This document shows, piece after piece, positions 52,263-64,000 of a stretch of 64,000 nt of DNA (its first letter is position 1; each line of letters begins with the position of its first letter). The notes below the pieces were generated by a model that ran no database searches, was not told where the DNA came from, and saw only the letters and a program-made list of their open reading frames with translations. Source of the DNA: Bugula neritina (lineage: Eukaryota; Animalia; Bryozoa). Location: NCBI GenBank assembly GCA_964035545.1, contig OZ037767.1, positions 9,434,581 through 9,498,580 of the forward strand, in the 5' to 3' direction. Made by a program: the position numbers and the translations under genes.

Positions 52263-53249
52263 TAATTGTAGCTAATGGGGCTTGTGAAAAGCCTCTATTC
52301 AATATATACTCATGCTAATACTTGAAGGTAAAACTAAACCTACACACATAAATTGAAAAAATAATATTAATTTGTTGTTGTAAATCACCTCTCTGCTGTG
52401 TACAGTGTCACTTGCCGTTAGTGAGTGTTGCTGTTGAACCTAACCATAGCAATTCGTAACTCATCACTGCTCCCATAGCTGCTAACACTAGTAGGCTAGT
52501 AGTTAGACTTGAAGTTAGTATTACTATTACTATTAGTGTTACTGACACTCATACTAACAATGTTAGTCGTACTATGTGTGTAAGACTTAATAATAATAAT
52601 AATAATAATACTTCTTCTAGGTATAGCACTACTGCTGTTGCTATGATATGCAACGTGGTAATAGTGCTAAGAGTGAGACTGCACTGTCACTGAGCTAGTT
52701 CCATCACACAGGCATTTTAGATAGTTTCAAAAGCAAGCTCAAATGCCAATGCTATTAGCTATAAACTTGATGTTTGAATATGCTAGAACTCTTTTAAATG
52801 GTTTAACTTACTTTTTGAAATTTTACATACATGTTTACTCTGACGTGTTTTTAAAAGTTTGCTGGTGCATGCAGTTTTCAATTTAAGAAAAAGTCGTTTC
52901 TGTTTAATCTAGCTTAAATATGTAGCTATAATAGATCACACAGTTTAAAATAAGGATTCCATGTTATTATGAAAAATTGCATTGGATGAGAAACATGAAA
53001 CATTGATATTTTGTTGGAAAATAACTAAAATATTTTTTTTATTTTAGACGCATGTTTAACATTTTCTCGTTAATCTTCTGGGTTTGAGGTACTCGTTTGA
53101 TATCCTCAGATTTCTACAAGTGTTGTCAATTATTACCTATGTAACTTCTTGGAGTTGATTTAAAATATTGTCATTTACTAACAATTATCTGGGTTGTAGA
53201 TTTGTGAGATCTGTGAATAGCTAGTACACTTTAAAAGATCTTTGAGGCA

Positions 53250-63999
<10,750 letters not shown>

Positions 64000-64000
64000 A

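Overview
AT-rich, intron-rich eukaryotic DNA from an invertebrate-like animal; there are no operons or CRISPR. I reconstructed gene models by hand from splice sites and reading-frame phase, and family calls come from recalled protein motifs, not database searches. (1) A 20-exon SNAPC4 (SNAP190, Myb-repeat snRNA transcription factor) lies on the minus strand, 25389 to ~2397. (2) A complete 11-exon TOM70-like gene is nested antisense inside SNAPC4 intron 3 (18678-23176). (3) A second, apparently intact TOM70-like copy lies at 36128-40373. (4) MRPS30/mL65 lies at 42612-49129, with a long C-terminal extension, and NVL (AAA ATPase) starts at 53250 and runs off the window. The main structure is a tandem segmental duplication, ~7248-28818 versus ~32683-45864, whose ends cut through SNAPC4 and MRPS30, originally a head-to-head pair. 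Each gene survives in only one copy, the shared bidirectional promoter is split between copies, and only the nested TOM70 was doubled intact. The junction (28819-32682) is an inverted pair of dead PIF/Harbinger transposase segments around a Myb/SANT remnant and a Penelope-like (GIY-YIG) fragment with a decayed hammerhead ribozyme. The window also holds pogo/Fot1-like elements, several MITEs, tRNA-derived SINEs, an RTE LINE remnant and structured minisatellites.
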